Shown: piece by piece, positions 51,201 through 64,000 of the stretch
How positions within the stretch are numbered: position 1 is the first letter of the stretch
Layout: every line of letters begins with the position of its first letter
From: Oopsacas minuta
Taxonomy: Eukaryota > Animalia > Porifera
Assembly: GCA_024704765.1 (NCBI GenBank)
Contig: JAKMXF010000288.1
Location: 1-64,000 of the forward strand
Length of the DNA stretch: 64,000 nt
Direction of reading: 5' to 3'
Translations under genes and position numbers: made by a program
Notes under the pieces: generated by a model
Database searches by the model: none
What the model saw: only the letters and a program-made list of their open reading frames with translations
What the model was told of the DNA's origin: nothing

Positions 51201-52256
51201 TCAGTGTAAAATTTTACACACAAGCGTATTTCATATTTTTGCGCACTATATGTATGAAACAGTTGAGCGTCCGAACGGATGACGCCCCTTACTGACTACA
51301 TTTAATGAAAATTCGAGTAATATAATTCAATATATGAATCACGAAATTTAGCTCAGAGATGGAAGCTGCCAATTGACAATCGCAAATATTTTAATTGCAA
51401 TAAATGTAGACAATCAGTCAAAAGAAATGTACCTCAACACTCAAGAGTTCTAAAATATTGAAATTCTCAATGCCAACGTTCATCATACCAATATTGTCCT
51501 TTTTGTTACGTAGATTACCAAGATTAAGTAAGCTCAGATTAAGTTCGGATAGGATTAAAGAAGAGTCACTTATGTTGATTGATTAGCCGCAAATATGTAT
51601 AAAATAGTCACCATGAGAATTAGAAAATATTGGAAATTCGTTCAGTTTAGGCCAAACGCATTCGGCGGAATTTCTCAGGCCAAACTCATTGAAAGCGTTG
51701 GGCTCTGCAAGCTGCAACGAGTCAACTCTCGTTATACCGAAGCTCAAGGAGCTGCGATAATTACTTCGATATATGCGGAGTTCGATATAGCGAATAAATT
51801 ATATGTTACTTTGGTTGGGACCATATTCGTATATGTCATACTTATATAATGACAGGTATTTCAAACGTGACAGTATTGAAATATTGCAATGTAAGGCAAG
51901 TTAAGAAGAGAATAAAAATTCTGCAAAAATTTAATTACCGCCTTTTCGAATTCCTGGAAATTCCCATTTCTTTTGAAAAGCCATCATAGGAGTAAAAGTA
52001 CCATCTGTGGGTCTGGGGTCTTGTGTTCCAGGGCCCCCCCCCTTCAAGTTTTATGGAAAAGTTTTACACCTATGTACCATCTGATAAGTCTATTGTTTAT
52101 TGTAAACAGCCTTTTTTCGTTACGAATGTAACACTTCGGCCGTAATCGGTTAAATTATAAATCAGATTATTAAGGGTATCTATACTATAATGACGTAATC
52201 TATAATTGAGATACATGATAACTACACAGGCAATATCTCTACACTACCTGTTAGTA

Positions 52257-52604
52257 TTATGGTAAGAAAAGTCCATCTTCTTTGCATTTCTTAATCACTT
52301 CCACTCTCTGCTCGATTTGTTGCTTCACCTGAGTAATACTATCCTCTAATTCCCTGGGAGTTGTGTCTAAACCTTCCATCTGTTCTACCATGTCGTGACA
52401 TTTGTTCATTTGGCGACTGAAATTCGAAATCAATTCGTTTTGATTACCAGTCTCACTCTCTTTTGTCTCTTTATTGCAGTTATTAATTATCACGAATACC
52501 TGAGTCAATAGAGAGTTGAATGCGTTTCTGAAATTAGCGATATCTGGTTGATCCTGAGAAGAGACTGTTGATGGTATTGTAGAATGTCCTTTTAATTCTG
52601 CCAT
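52257..52604 (-). CDS. MED9: Mediator subunit 9-like, 115 aa, intronless
   Basis: ATG at 52604. LLTQVFVIINNCNKE...KCHDMVEQMEGLDTTPRELEDSITQVKQQIEQRVEVIKKCK follows the MED9 pattern as recalled (FLPLVHNIIKCMDKD...LISTMPGIHLSPEQQ...LREQVRTKNELLQKYK). Confidence 0.7.
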   Translation of the reverse strand: MAELKGHSTIPSTVSSQDQPDIANFRNAFNSLLTQVFVIINNCNKETKESETGNQNELISNFSRQMNKCHDMVEQMEGLDTTPRELEDSITQVKQQIEQRVEVIKKCKEDGLFLP

Positions 52605-55600
52605 GAACCTAACTGAATAATTTATACAAATAAAAGACGTACACACAATACTGTTCTCCTAACGGATTATCATTAGATAATTGCCTCATTTGCTCTTTGA
52701 ATCCGTCGTTTTATTGTCATCCTTCCCTACCTATTCGCTGCGATTTCAGGCTACGCCCAAGCAAGGCCGCATATGTTGCATTCATAAATTCTTTGTCCAA
52801 GATATTTCCTATAGAATTTGTTGCTAGGAAAAGTCCATTTATCGTTAAAATGGCGAATCTGATTACAATGTTCCACTTACAGGTCATAATTATCATTCTA
52901 CTCGTATATACATTTCCAGTATCTAGGATGGAGATTTCAGGAATGTGTTATCTATCAATAACTAATTATATTGAATATGATGATCATTACTTCATCAATC
53001 GTTTGAAGTAGATAACGTTAGCATAATAGTTGACTACAATTATCCGTATTTCCCTGAATAAGCGCTCAGGCGCTGTTTATTTTCGTATGTATTGTTTACA
53101 ATTTTGAAAACTAATAATCCCAATTTGTTGCAGTGTCAAATTAGACGTGAATATCATCAAAAACGAATGGTAATAATCTTTTATTCACAAGTTTTGGAGC
53201 TTTTTTCTAAAATTACAAAACTATGTTTACACTTACTCACGTTGTATGGAGTTGTTGTTTCCTTCTTGTTGATAATGTTCTAATAAACTTATACCAATAA
53301 AAAGTTTTTGATATATCACGATCTTGTACTTGTAATTTACTAGTATAGCTATGAAACTGGTTGAGCCCTAAGCGATTTGGCATAACAATATCAAAGTTTC
53401 GTATATTAGCTTATAACATAAAGGTATTTTAGGGGAATCAGAGTATTGTTAGCCTTACAGAAAAATTATAAGTATGTGAACTATTCTCTGTGGGTCAGCA
53501 GTTTCCAACACCGGGTCCAGAGAATAGGGTAAAAATTTGTAATACCTATATTTCAAATTGTTAGGTATACTATTAAGTGCAGTGTAACTGTAATAATCCG
53601 CAATATATGACGGACATAGGGGAAGCTAATTAAAAGTGGCCAAGAAAATTGGAAAGTGGTCAGGCCTGATCCAAAGCAAAAAAGTTGTCAGACAATTGCC
53701 TGACAGGTTCCGCCGGGCTTGTATGGCTCCAATCTATACTCTGTAGCTTTCGGATAATCGAGATAGTGCAGGAATATTTACACACAATCGTTATAACAAG
53801 AGTTTCGTTATATCCCACTTGGTTATAAAGAGAATTTGCTGTCATTACTTAAAGTGGGCCCTCGAATAACCAATCATCTTGTCCATAATACAGAAATGTT
53901 TGTTACCACAAATAATATAATATTATTAATAAAGAATCAATAATTAGATATGGTAAATGGTTCTGTTAATCATGTGGGTAGTCATCGCATGGTTTGATAA
54001 AAATATTGTTGTAATTCAATTACCCATTCAACCAATTCATTCAAGGTATTCTTTATGTCACTAAATGTGCTAGCTTGTACAACTCATGGTTTCAATTGAG
54101 GGAATATAAGGCCATGTTAATTAGAAACTTGTTTCAGCTCCACTTGATGTCCATCTAAGCATGCGGGCGGCATTTCATTTTCATTATTTTATGACGTTAT
54201 CATAATACAAAACGGCCAATTTATGGAAAAATTCAATGTTAATTAAGCGTGCTAAAGAAGGGTCTGTGAACATAATATTATTCCAATTCACCTGTTTGTC
54301 AGTTAATGTATTGTTAGTTGAATTTAACTGAGAAAACAGTGAAATAATTACATTACCCAATATTCATACAGCTGGTAAACTTGGTTCGGGTGGTGGCGCT
54401 GAAACAAGTTTCCAACTAACAGTGACCTAACCAGATAATTTGTATAATTTTCGGTTGTAACAAGGTTTTTACAGTAGTATAGAAAGTAGCAGCTAAAAAA
54501 ATCTCCTTTGTATATTCCGGGACTGGGGTATCATATGGGCATTTATACAGGTGAAGTATTCCGAAATAAAGTGAATATAAACTTTGATGAAATATATAAA
54601 TTGAATTTAAGGCGAAATCTGAAATGCTGTGATTAATATTTAATCATGTGTAGGACAGTGTTTCCCAACATTTCGAGGCGTGGACCCCTCTCTACCATAG
54701 ACCACTATACTTTCTATGCACCCCGGCTTTGGAAACACTTCCCTAGGGTATCAAATATTCAAGGAGGGTGTGAACAAAGAGATCTGGCGGGATTCTAATT
54801 CTCGAAATTATAAAAGAGGGTATTAGACACCCTTGGATAAATCACCTAACATACCATTCCTGTGTTCCACATCTTACTCCAAAGATAAATAACCAAACAT
54901 TTTGATTGAGTTTGAAAAACTGAAGCACTAAAAGCAATGCATAAAATTACATCTGAATAGCAAGATGTGAATTATATATTTCTGTATATAGGTGTTATGC
55001 AACACAAATTGTGATATAGATAAACAAACTGGGGATAAATCATGCACTGTCATTGCCGTCTATATAATGGTTTCAGATTGGTTTACCGGAAGTAACCAAG
55101 GACTTGTTATTAATCTATTATAGTAGTAGAGCTTACAAATTTTTATATAGAAAATTCCTGATATACATTACCCCAGATAAATATAGCACTGTTAATACAT
55201 ACTAAGTTTGTTCCCTGACTGTAGATACGTCTTATCTGAGTTTCATGGTATTTCTATTCATTGAATTGTTTGTGAATCCTAATCTATGAGTGTTAATTAT
55301 ATACGATCATAATATACAGTCTTAGTTGTAAGAATATTACATGATTTAACACGATTACACGAAATATTCCTGGTACACTGAGTTCTGTAGTTTTGTAACC
55401 TACGAACATTCGACACATGAAAATTTCAAGACATTCAAACATTAACTCTCTCAGAGGGGTGTTGCAAGGAAATGTTACACTGTGAATTCTGAGAGAAGAG
55501 AATCCCCTGCTTGAAGGAATAATCACTAAAAATATCTTTGTTTTTCCATCGAGGTGAGGAATCGTTTGGAGGGAGTGGCAAAATTGTGGCCTAGCGTGAC

Positions 55601-57601
55601 ATAGAAAGTAGTATGGTTTCATTCAGGTTATGAGGGACATACGCAGGGGTGCATTCCTAAGTATAAAAGTAAGGGAACGCTCCAAAACACTGCTCCTTCC
55701 ACCAAATTTCCGCCTCTTATGTGGTATAATCGGCGCCTTTTGATGTCCTAATTTTATTGACTTAACTACATTAACATCTTATGAAATACAAAATATTTAC
55801 ACTTAATGTGGAAATTCAATGTATAACCATGGATGCCACCTTATTTACTACTTTTTAGCTGAAAATCAAAGGAACAAAAGCATTTCCACAGTAAAACGAT
55901 ACTTACACAAAATTGGATAATACAAAATATATTGCTTGGTAATATAATGTTGAATTCTAATTTCTAAACTGAAAATAGAGTTAAATTATCCAAATATTGG
56001 CGCCTTCGCGTTCCCCCCCCAATACACCCTTGGACATACGCCTAGAGATATATTTGTCCAAATTTATGCGCCTATAGGCGTGCCGCATACGTCTGGATAA
56101 CACCCTGGAGAGTAGTATCCATTTTGTTGGAATTTTAGTCACGTAGGCTGCCCCCTCCTACAGATTATTCTCGACCCAATCTTGGATTCACAAGTACACA
56201 CATCTACAACATATAAGATAAATACCGAAATTACACCTCAAGAGTCACATTAACGAGGTGTGTATATGTATTTACTAAACATTACCTATAATATGTAGGA
56301 GAATAACTAATATGGATAATACAGCAAAATATTAATTTTGATCTCAATCATTTGAATAAGAAACCATCAAATCCACAATTCACCTGCTTTAAATGCACCT
56401 ATAGTGATTATCAAACTTTTATACTAATCTGCATGACGTGTTTCTATTCGACTGCTCTGTGAGTTGACAGTATATATACTACATTTGATGGGGAACTGGG
56501 ATAATCAACTTCAAACAGATAGGCTATAGTTTCATATATTTTTAACCAAAATATAATCAATGGCTGACATTACATGTTTATTCTATTCAAATATTATTTT
56601 GATTGAGGTGAAGTGAAATTTATATGAACTCTTAGTTCAAGTACTGTAGGAAAATGTATATTTGATCGTGAATATTAGCACGAACAGGATGGAAACCTGT
56701 CCGTTCTGATCCGTAAATAGAGTATCAAAATGTTACGTTTCTTTTCCGTGAAAAGGGTAGGCCACATATATTAGATACAAACTTTTATTCAGCGGTTATA
56801 TTTTCTGGATTCCACTCTGGGCCAAGGAAGGGTGCTATTAATAGCATCGCCTGCCTCGAATAATAAATCCCTAGACTGGCCTTATATATTATCTGGTTAG
56901 TATTGATAATATTCGAAGTTGCATGTTAGTTGTATTATTTCGTATTTAATAGAAACAAGTGTCATTTGAATATTTTCGCTACTTTGTATATGAACATTTA
57001 TTATAACTTAAGAAGATAATGGTTGCTATTTACAGTTCTTTCTGCTTTATATTGCATAAATGTTTACTAATCTTTACAGCTATTAGCTTTAGAACAGATT
57101 ATACCTTAGAAAGTATCGTTGTTTCCTTCTAGTACTTTTCCCTATCTAAAGTATATGGAGTACATTCTTACAAGATTCCCAAAGGATTTCTCACATGGGA
57201 AAACCCATCTTAAGGAAATCATTTCCCATTCCCATGGCAACTCTGGTGGATATCCAACTGCTATTACTTCCCTTAATACAAACTCCGGATAAACTGAACA
57301 AAATTTGACTTCCGTTGGTATTCGTGTTAACGAGGTTCCACACTGAATTTTCTTTACAAATTCATCACGCTAGTATATTAGTTGTAAATATTCATTATTC
57401 GTCCGTTGTTTTAGCTCTAAAGTATGAGCACATTTTCACGAACTGGGACACTATCATTAGAAATTCCAAATTATGTTTGCGAAAATCTACTATTTTGTAA
57501 TGGCCGTAGTTACTAAATTCATATTCTATAACTAGCAATTGATCATAAATCCTAACTATATAGTTAGAATATAACATAGATATTCCTAAATAGTAATTAT
57601 T

Positions 57602-58411
57602 TCATTGTTCTGCTTGTTCAAATTTTGGCATCCAACAAGTACTTTTGTGAACGACAGCTGTTTGGGTTGTTTCATCATAAAGTGTTCTACCTCCTCTGGT
57701 TGTGACGAAACAGAGTATCAGAGGTATGAAATGCCGCAGAAAATTCTTTACAGCTGATCTTTTGAGAGCTGAATAACAACCGACTTTGAGACCAGGTTTA
57801 ACTATGATGAAATCTCTCAATTGTGGGATTGCTTCTACACATTCTACCACGTGTAATCCTGTTGTGATTTTTCCGATTGTTGTTCCATAGAGCCAAACTG
57901 AAATCCATTCGTAAACAAACACGAAAACACGAATAAACAAACTCGAAATTGATAAAACAAACATTAAATGGAAAATAAACATATCATCAAATAACAAGGC
58001 AGTATTATCCTTTGCAATATCGCCGAATATTCGCTGGGAAGAATCATTTAATTCATTCAAAATATCAGCAATAGCTATATCGAATGAGTTAATAGAGACT
58101 ACTAGGATAAATGCAACGAATACCTGGTCGATTAGATCAGCAATTAGGCGTCGTAGAAAACTAGCACGTTTTGTTTTATACCCAACACGACGCATAACAT
58201 TAGGTCGCTGTTGAAACTGTGTACTTCTTGATTGCGTATTTGCGTTCTTCATAAATTCAATTATTCTTCTGTCTACTTTTGAAGGTGTCAAATTATTAAC
58301 ATTTTCATCTTTACACATCTGGTATGCTTGCTTCATGAACATCATATTGTATAAATATGCACTGTATAGTGAGTACCACATTGGATAGAGTAATTCATTT
58401 GATTCAGACAT
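57602..58411 (-). CDS. FAM8A1: FAM8A1-like RDD-domain membrane protein (HRD1 ERAD complex partner), intronless
   Basis: RDD motifs ASFLRRLIADLID, YEWISVWLYGTTIGKITTGLHVVEC, KRSAVKNF, RTLYDETTQTAVV, with hydrophobic helices. First ATG at 58411; the track's 58444 start is TTG. Confidence 0.8.
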   Translation of the reverse strand: MSESNELLYPMWYSLYSAYLYNMMFMKQAYQMCKDENVNNLTPSKVDRRIIEFMKNANTQSRSTQFQQRPNVMRRVGYKTKRASFLRRLIADLIDQVFVAFILVVSINSFDIAIADILNELNDSSQRIFGDIAKDNTALLFDDMFIFHLMFVLSISSLFIRVFVFVYEWISVWLYGTTIGKITTGLHVVECVEAIPQLRDFIIVKPGLKVGCYSALKRSAVKNFLRHFIPLILCFVTTRGGRTLYDETTQTAVVHKSTCWMPKFEQAEQ

Positions 58412-59865
58412 GTGTAGCTTGTCTAGACATTTGTAAATTGGCAATTATTATAAAAAATTGTTACTTGCTATCCGCTACAAGAGTAATGAATTTGAATAGT
58501 AATGTTTGCAAGGCCGAAGGATACGGGACAGAAGGTCAGGCAATTACTGGACCCGTTTTTTATGGTTTTTATGGTTCCTGTATTATGTGTTTGTAATTCC
58601 TCAAAGAATCAGGAAGCAAATATACCAAGGCTGCAACCGAATATTATTTGGCGAATAGTTCAGTATTCGGTTAAGCCACTATTCATAAATACTGATATCC
58701 GGTTCGATCGGTTCAACCTTGAAATATAGTAATGCCTTACCACTCTCTTTTGCTTCCGCTGTGTCTGATTGACATTCCGTTTTACCTAATTCCCACAACA
58801 ATTTCGAAATTTTTACACAAGTTAGGGGAATTTAAAGTAATACGTTAGGATTCGCTCATTAAGCTTTAATATTATCTAATATATAAAATGAAAAATTCGA
58901 CTGCACAAGAAAGTTGCAACCAGAGGTGTAGCTAGGACCACGCGATACGGTATGTGTCCGTAAGCTGGCTACTCTTCTGCTGCAACACCAATTATTCAGT
59001 ATGTTCCTTAGCGCTGGGATCATATAAAGAAGGGGCCTGTCTACTCGTTTCAATATGATATTTATTTATTATATAATATCGTAAAAATTCATTTCAGGTT
59101 GGTTCGCCGTCTAAGGCAACATGAAATTGTGTCCTCTGGAACCAAAATAACTCGATGTAGATTTGCCCAATGTGGCTTCAAAAATAACTTATTTAACTCG
59201 GAGTTTATCTTAGAATATCTATAACTATATTCATAATTGCAATATATTATCCATGGGCGCTTTACAAATATCAAAACTGATTGTACTTCTCCTTTCATTC
59301 TTCAGAAAATTGTCTCTTATTATCCTATTTACAATAGTAATACCATACATGTCAACTTTCCTCTGTCTATGGAATATCTCGGGAGTTGACATGATGTCCT
59401 GTGGAAAATATTCTGTCAAAATGGTGAGAATTCATTTTTGCATATAAATTTAGAAATCCAGGGAAACAGTTAGAAAGGTTTGGTAAATATGTAATATATC
59501 AAGGAATTGACACATGGTAGATAGTAGAGGCATGCACCAGTTACCAGGCATGTAATCAGATTACACTCTATCATGTGCTAGAACAAATGCTGATTATATC
59601 CAGTAAAGAATTTACAACTCGTGGCATGTGATTTGAGTGTATAGAGTCACATTGATAAACTGGCTAAGTGGAAGTATATAGAATTTGAACTTTGATAATT
59701 TATATGATGCTTTCAAGAATTTACATTTCCTGAAAATATTTCCTGACCAGATCTGGGTATCCCTGGATCTAGTAGGCTACTGTGTATTATCATAACATAT
59801 ATTGCCCAGACACAAACTAAAACTACCAGGCCTAGGCCTAGGCTAGCCATGCCACTAATCGGTAA

Positions 59866-60109
59866 AGCCCACCATACACAGTGTTATTGTTTCCTGTAAT
59901 TTGTTGTATGCAACAGTATTGCATCAAAAAATTCATTTTAATGCAACTTTATTGCAGGAAAATAGAACATGTTGACTCAGGTTTCTTGCTATATTGGTGG
60001 ATGCAACTCTTACCCTACACGGCTACACGATGCAACAATATTTCATTAAATTCAACATAGACGGGACAACTGTTTGCGACAAGTTGCATCCTGTATAGTC
60101 AGGTGGGCT
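59866..60109. mobile_element. PIF/Harbinger-type MITE with TWA flanks
   Basis: Ends agcccacc..tacacag / ctgtatag..ggtgggct, flanked by TAA (left) and TTA (right), with repeated internal atgcaac/gttgcat motifs. Confidence 0.6.
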
Positions 60110-60554
60110 TTAGCGAAGTGGTAACCAAATATAGTTACATATTTTAACTAAGTAACAGCTGACGAAATAACGATTTGTCTTCCTATCCATAAATACGTAA
60201 ATACTCATAGAGAGGCAGCATATGTGTCTAACAAGAATGTGATCAGATAAGTCACTACAATTAGCATCTTTTCCTAATGTATACTTCTTAATGTACATGC
60301 TTAAATATAAACTAGGAGCCTACAAGTCCACATTACCCCACTTGATTTCTTCCCCCCAACAGATAATTCCGTATCTGTCAAAGTATTCTTACAATTAATA
60401 AAGCCTGGTCGAAACCCTATCACAATACGTAATAAATTCAGAAATATATATATGATAAATCACGTATTACATCAAAAGGTAAATCACCAATAAAAATCCT
60501 GGTAGTAGTAATAAACACAATTCATGCAAACTAACTGACTAGACAATTCTTACT

Positions 60555-61922
60555 TCAAACTTTAGCTGCTTTACTTAGAGAAATATACTGTGAGAATCTC
60601 GGCTTTCTATACTTGAAATACAAGCCTATTGCCCCTCCCACTACAACACACACTGCAGCAGCGACTAGTAGTAAAGTTCCTATTACAACACCAACTGTTT
60701 GTCCGGAGGATAGCGAATTGTCTGCATCGTTAGGTTTGGGACCTAAATTATTTGTAGATAGTGATGGACTATTTTTATGCGTGTAGAAGTAAGGGTTATC
60801 GATTCGGGGACATAATACTTGTTGATCAACAAGGAATTCCTTTGTTTTGCTACCTACAGGCTCTAACATGTTATTCCATAGGGCTACACTAGCATGTAAC
60901 AAACCCTTTTGTGATAAATGAAAGCAATCAGGAGCGAAATAACTCGTAGAATCGACTTCAGGGATGTTGGTGATACCGAAAAAGGGCTGTACTACTACTA
61001 CGATATCATCTCGGTGATCAAATTCATGGCGAAAATGTGTTTCAAGTTCATGTATCTTTATTTTATATTCGTCATGATAACCAGTGATCCCATTATCATT
61101 AATACAGCTACATTTCCCAAACAAATCCATTATTCCTTGCAGTATCAGACAACCGAAGTTTTTAGTTAAGAGCGACACTTTCGATACTTCAACCGTTTGT
61201 ACTAGATTTATGAAAACTTTTTTCAGCTCGGATAATTTGTTAATAGCTTTCATTATATGATTATAAAAATTATCTGCGGAATATGTTACCTTATCAGCCA
61301 CACTATTACAAATGGCACAAAGATCATTACCCCCTATAAACAGTGTAATTACCTTCCATTCATCGTCTCTATTATCCGATTTGATACGATTTACTAGCAA
61401 CTGTGCTTGTCCTAAGAGGTCCGATGCTACCGCACCACTAACCGCGAAATTATAAGCCGCGTTTGTAGTCCCTTCTTTCCCTGTGCCTACACTATACCCT
61501 TTTAAATCGGGGTTGTAGTTTTTGATGAAATTAGGGAGGGTAGTCACGCCATTATCCCCACCTATGCTCCAGGAAACGCCTCGATACTCCAGTTTATGCT
61601 TGTCTAGGAGCCCTGGAAGCAGGCCAAGAACACCTGAAACTTTCGCGAAAAGCGCAGCCGTCATTGAATCACCTATTGCGCCAACAACCCCTACGTCCGT
61701 TGGTCGTAGTTCATGGACATTATTGGCAGGCGAAAGAGCAGAGATCTGCAAAACATTACAGGTAAACTGAACCGCATACACACTGGTAACCTCAGTTATA
61801 TTATCATCAGGATCCGAATCTTCATTAAGCGAGCTGATATAAATTGGAGCAGATTCGTCTACGCAATTTACAATGCTTAAGATTGCGAGTAAAAAATATA
61901 TAAATATCAATACCTTCATCAT
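60555..61922 (-). CDS. PLB1: Phospholipase B1-like SGNH/GDSL lipase, single catalytic domain, type I membrane protein, 455 aa, intronless
   Basis: Signal peptide MMKVLIFIYFLLAILSIVNC; VGAIGDSMTAA (nucleophile), YRGVSWSIGGD, NFAVSGA, WKVITLFIGGNDLC, VVQPFF, FAPDCFHLSQKG (DxxH); C-terminal TM helix followed by KYRK. Confidence 0.9.
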   Translation of the reverse strand: MMKVLIFIYFLLAILSIVNCVDESAPIYISSLNEDSDPDDNITEVTSVYAVQFTCNVLQISALSPANNVHELRPTDVGVVGAIGDSMTAALFAKVSGVLGLLPGLLDKHKLEYRGVSWSIGGDNGVTTLPNFIKNYNPDLKGYSVGTGKEGTTNAAYNFAVSGAVASDLLGQAQLLVNRIKSDNRDDEWKVITLFIGGNDLCAICNSVADKVTYSADNFYNHIMKAINKLSELKKVFINLVQTVEVSKVSLLTKNFGCLILQGIMDLFGKCSCINDNGITGYHDEYKIKIHELETHFRHEFDHRDDIVVVVQPFFGITNIPEVDSTSYFAPDCFHLSQKGLLHASVALWNNMLEPVGSKTKEFLVDQQVLCPRIDNPYFYTHKNSPSLSTNNLGPKPNDADNSLSSGQTVGVVIGTLLLVAAAVCVVVGGAIGLYFKYRKPRFSQYISLSKAAKV

Positions 61923-63810
61923 AAAAACTTTAATTTTTAAACTATTGTCTGTTTTAATACTGTGTACTTCAGAGAAAATAGGGATAGTAAATTGTATCGT
62001 GTGCTTCAGTACATAGCCATGGGTTTATTCATTGTTATGTAATATAATATTATATTTCTTGTGATGGAGGTACTCTCTCTTCTCGTGATTTAGATATTGC
62101 AAAAATGGTATTACATAATACTGATATTAGTAAGGTAATCTCGTGATTTGAGATAAACTACAACTTGCTAGAGCATTCTAATTAATATATTTCTCATTTG
62201 AGAGAACTAACACCCAATTATAAGGATTTTATTTAAGTCACTAGAGATGGTTTAATGGCTTAATGGCTTAATGGCTTGTGGTTACTATCAGACCTCTTTT
62301 ACACAATTTGCAGCTAAATTATATTCATAATTAAGACCGCCATATATGATGCATTTTTTTGCATGCTTCAAAAGTCCATCGTGTATATGTTGGATTTTCC
62401 ATGCGAATTATTCGATAATCGATACAATTCCAAAACCTGAAGATGGTGCAGAGTTGAATAAAACAGCATAAGCTGCAGAGCTTCAAATGCTAATGGGGTT
62501 AGCACTAATTGCTGCGTATTTATGAGAGCAGTAAGATCTCCACATTAAAAAATAGAGGCCGTTAAACCTATCTTTGAATATCAATTTGTATGTATAATGA
62601 ATTATTCGCATTTAATGCAAATGTCAGAATTTATCACGGTTGCTGTGGAAACGGAATTTCAATTCCCATCCCCATCCTATTCCCACCGGAAATGTATGGG
62701 AATGCCCACTGTTCCCTTTCCCACGGCAACCCTGGAATTTATTCACCCTCATGTTACGTGATATTATAAACAATATCTCCCTCGGACAACAAAGGATTAC
62801 CCTTTTCCCCTATATACTTACTCTTGTCAGTTATCTTGTAAATTCGTCAAAAAGTGTGACTACAATAACGGTAAATTGGTGAGTATAACTTCCTGGGATT
62901 ATACTTGCATAACGTTTGGACAGTGCAATAGTTCACCGCACTTCCATTAGATTAGATTGATACACAATTTAATTCAATTTTACGCGTCTAAGGTTATAAG
63001 TGTATTGCTTTCTACTGTACCGAGTATACTATTGTATTATAGTGCCTTTATTGTTGTTTATTATATATGAATATAAAGTAAACAAATAATTGAAATTTCC
63101 TAGAGACTTGCATTAATCGGATATTAGGGGTAATGGTGTGAATCTGGTGGCTTAAGGGAAAATTACGTCGGAACAGACGTTGATTTGAGATTTGTAAGTT
63201 ATATTATACTACGAGTATTTGAGTAGAGTTTTCTACTCTCTCTGCTGGAATAAATCCATAGTATTACATCTATTCTCAGGAATTTTAAATTGAGATTTAT
63301 GATAACCATCCAGTCCAGCAAGTTTCTTGAGGCAGCCGGCAGTCTCATTGATGCCAACCTGGCATCTCACCAATCCGTGGGATCCTTTTAAAATTTGTTA
63401 GTCTTACTGTTAGAACCGCGGTAATAACCCGTCAGAGTTGGTATCTCTGGAGACATTCGCGTTATACCCTTACGTTTTCCTTAATTGTAGGGACTGTTCC
63501 GTAAACATAGATGAAGGAATAATTGTTGGGAGGACTATTTACCATAAATAAATGTGAAAGTCACTAATGCTCTTCTAGTATTCTTGTACATATTTTTTTG
63601 GACATAATATGAATGCTTACTTATGTTTGTCCAACGAAAATCAGGAGAACATATCCATTTTATGTCACGTCTTGACGGGACTATAACCCAATAACCCTTC
63701 GAAAGGGCGGGCGTCCGTGGCTTTGGAACTATTTATTTGTACTACTTTGCTCAGCTAGTTACAGAGTTTGAATTAACGAGTCTATTGATCAGTTAGATTA
63801 GCTCGTAGTA

Positions 63811-64000
63811 ATGGGTAAGAGGAACGGTATGATACCAAATGGACATTTCCATAAAGACTGGCAGTCACGAATCCGCACGTGGTTCAATCAGCCGGGGAGG
63901 AAAGACCGGAGACGAAAGACACGTCAAAAGAGAGCTCTGCGTATAGCTCCCAGACCTGTATCCGGTGTGTTTCGCCCTACAGTACATTGTCAGACAGTGA
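63811..64000 (+). CDS. RPL13: 60S ribosomal protein L13 (eL13), 5' part; runs off the window
   Basis: [63 protein letters not shown] matches the eL13 N-terminus (HFHKDWQ..V.TWFNQP.RK..RR...IAPRP). Not in the ORF track because the ORF has no stop inside the window. Confidence 0.95.
   Translation, partial: MGKRNGMIPNGHFHKDWQSRIRTWFNQPGRKDRRRKTRQKRALRIAPRPVSGVFRPTVHCQTV

Noticed and set aside
51595-51849. 84-aa ORF with weak resemblance to a hAT dimerisation domain
   Set aside because: Key motif residues are absent; could be chance.
55293-55622. 109-aa ORF containing KIFLVIIPSSRGFSSL (hAT C-terminal-like)
   Set aside because: Only a short partial resemblance; at best a TE relic, not a gene.
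60918-61770. Plus-strand ORFs antisense to PLB1 (similarly those inside 10268-12337, 29388-30086 and 43670-45238)
   Set aside because: Antisense shadows of real CDSs.
62251-62277. (ttaatggc)3 and other short tandem repeats or palindromes (e.g. 38970-38987, 59828-59845)
   Set aside because: Too short to distinguish from slippage or chance.

Overview
AT-rich, compact eukaryotic (animal) genomic DNA with GT-AG introns and many MITEs. The intronless coiled-coil/NHL-repeat genes and overall compactness are reminiscent of glass-sponge-type genomes (inference only). Genes in order: 3' end of an NHL-repeat gene (+); intronless SRSF3/7-type SR protein (+); an inverted, ~97% identical NHL paralogue that is now a pseudogene (-); a 689-aa protein with an unrecognised helical N-terminus and NHL C-terminus (+); a >=20-exon dystrobrevin-like EF-hand/ZZ gene with a ~620-aa disordered tail (-), whose conserved core is split over exons mostly too short for the ORF track; TIGAR-like histidine phosphatase (+); 12-exon CDKAL1 (+); GATAD2/p66 (-); MED9-like (-); FAM8A1-like (-); single-domain phospholipase B1 (-); and the 5' part of RPL13 (+). 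Also present: a decayed mariner whose 3' end carries two nested MITEs, several MITE families (TA, CWG/TWA and 8-bp TSD types) and a (GT)50 microsatellite. No rRNA, tRNA or CRISPR array was seen. All exon models were built by hand from splice signals, reading-frame phase and remembered family motifs; none is database-verified.
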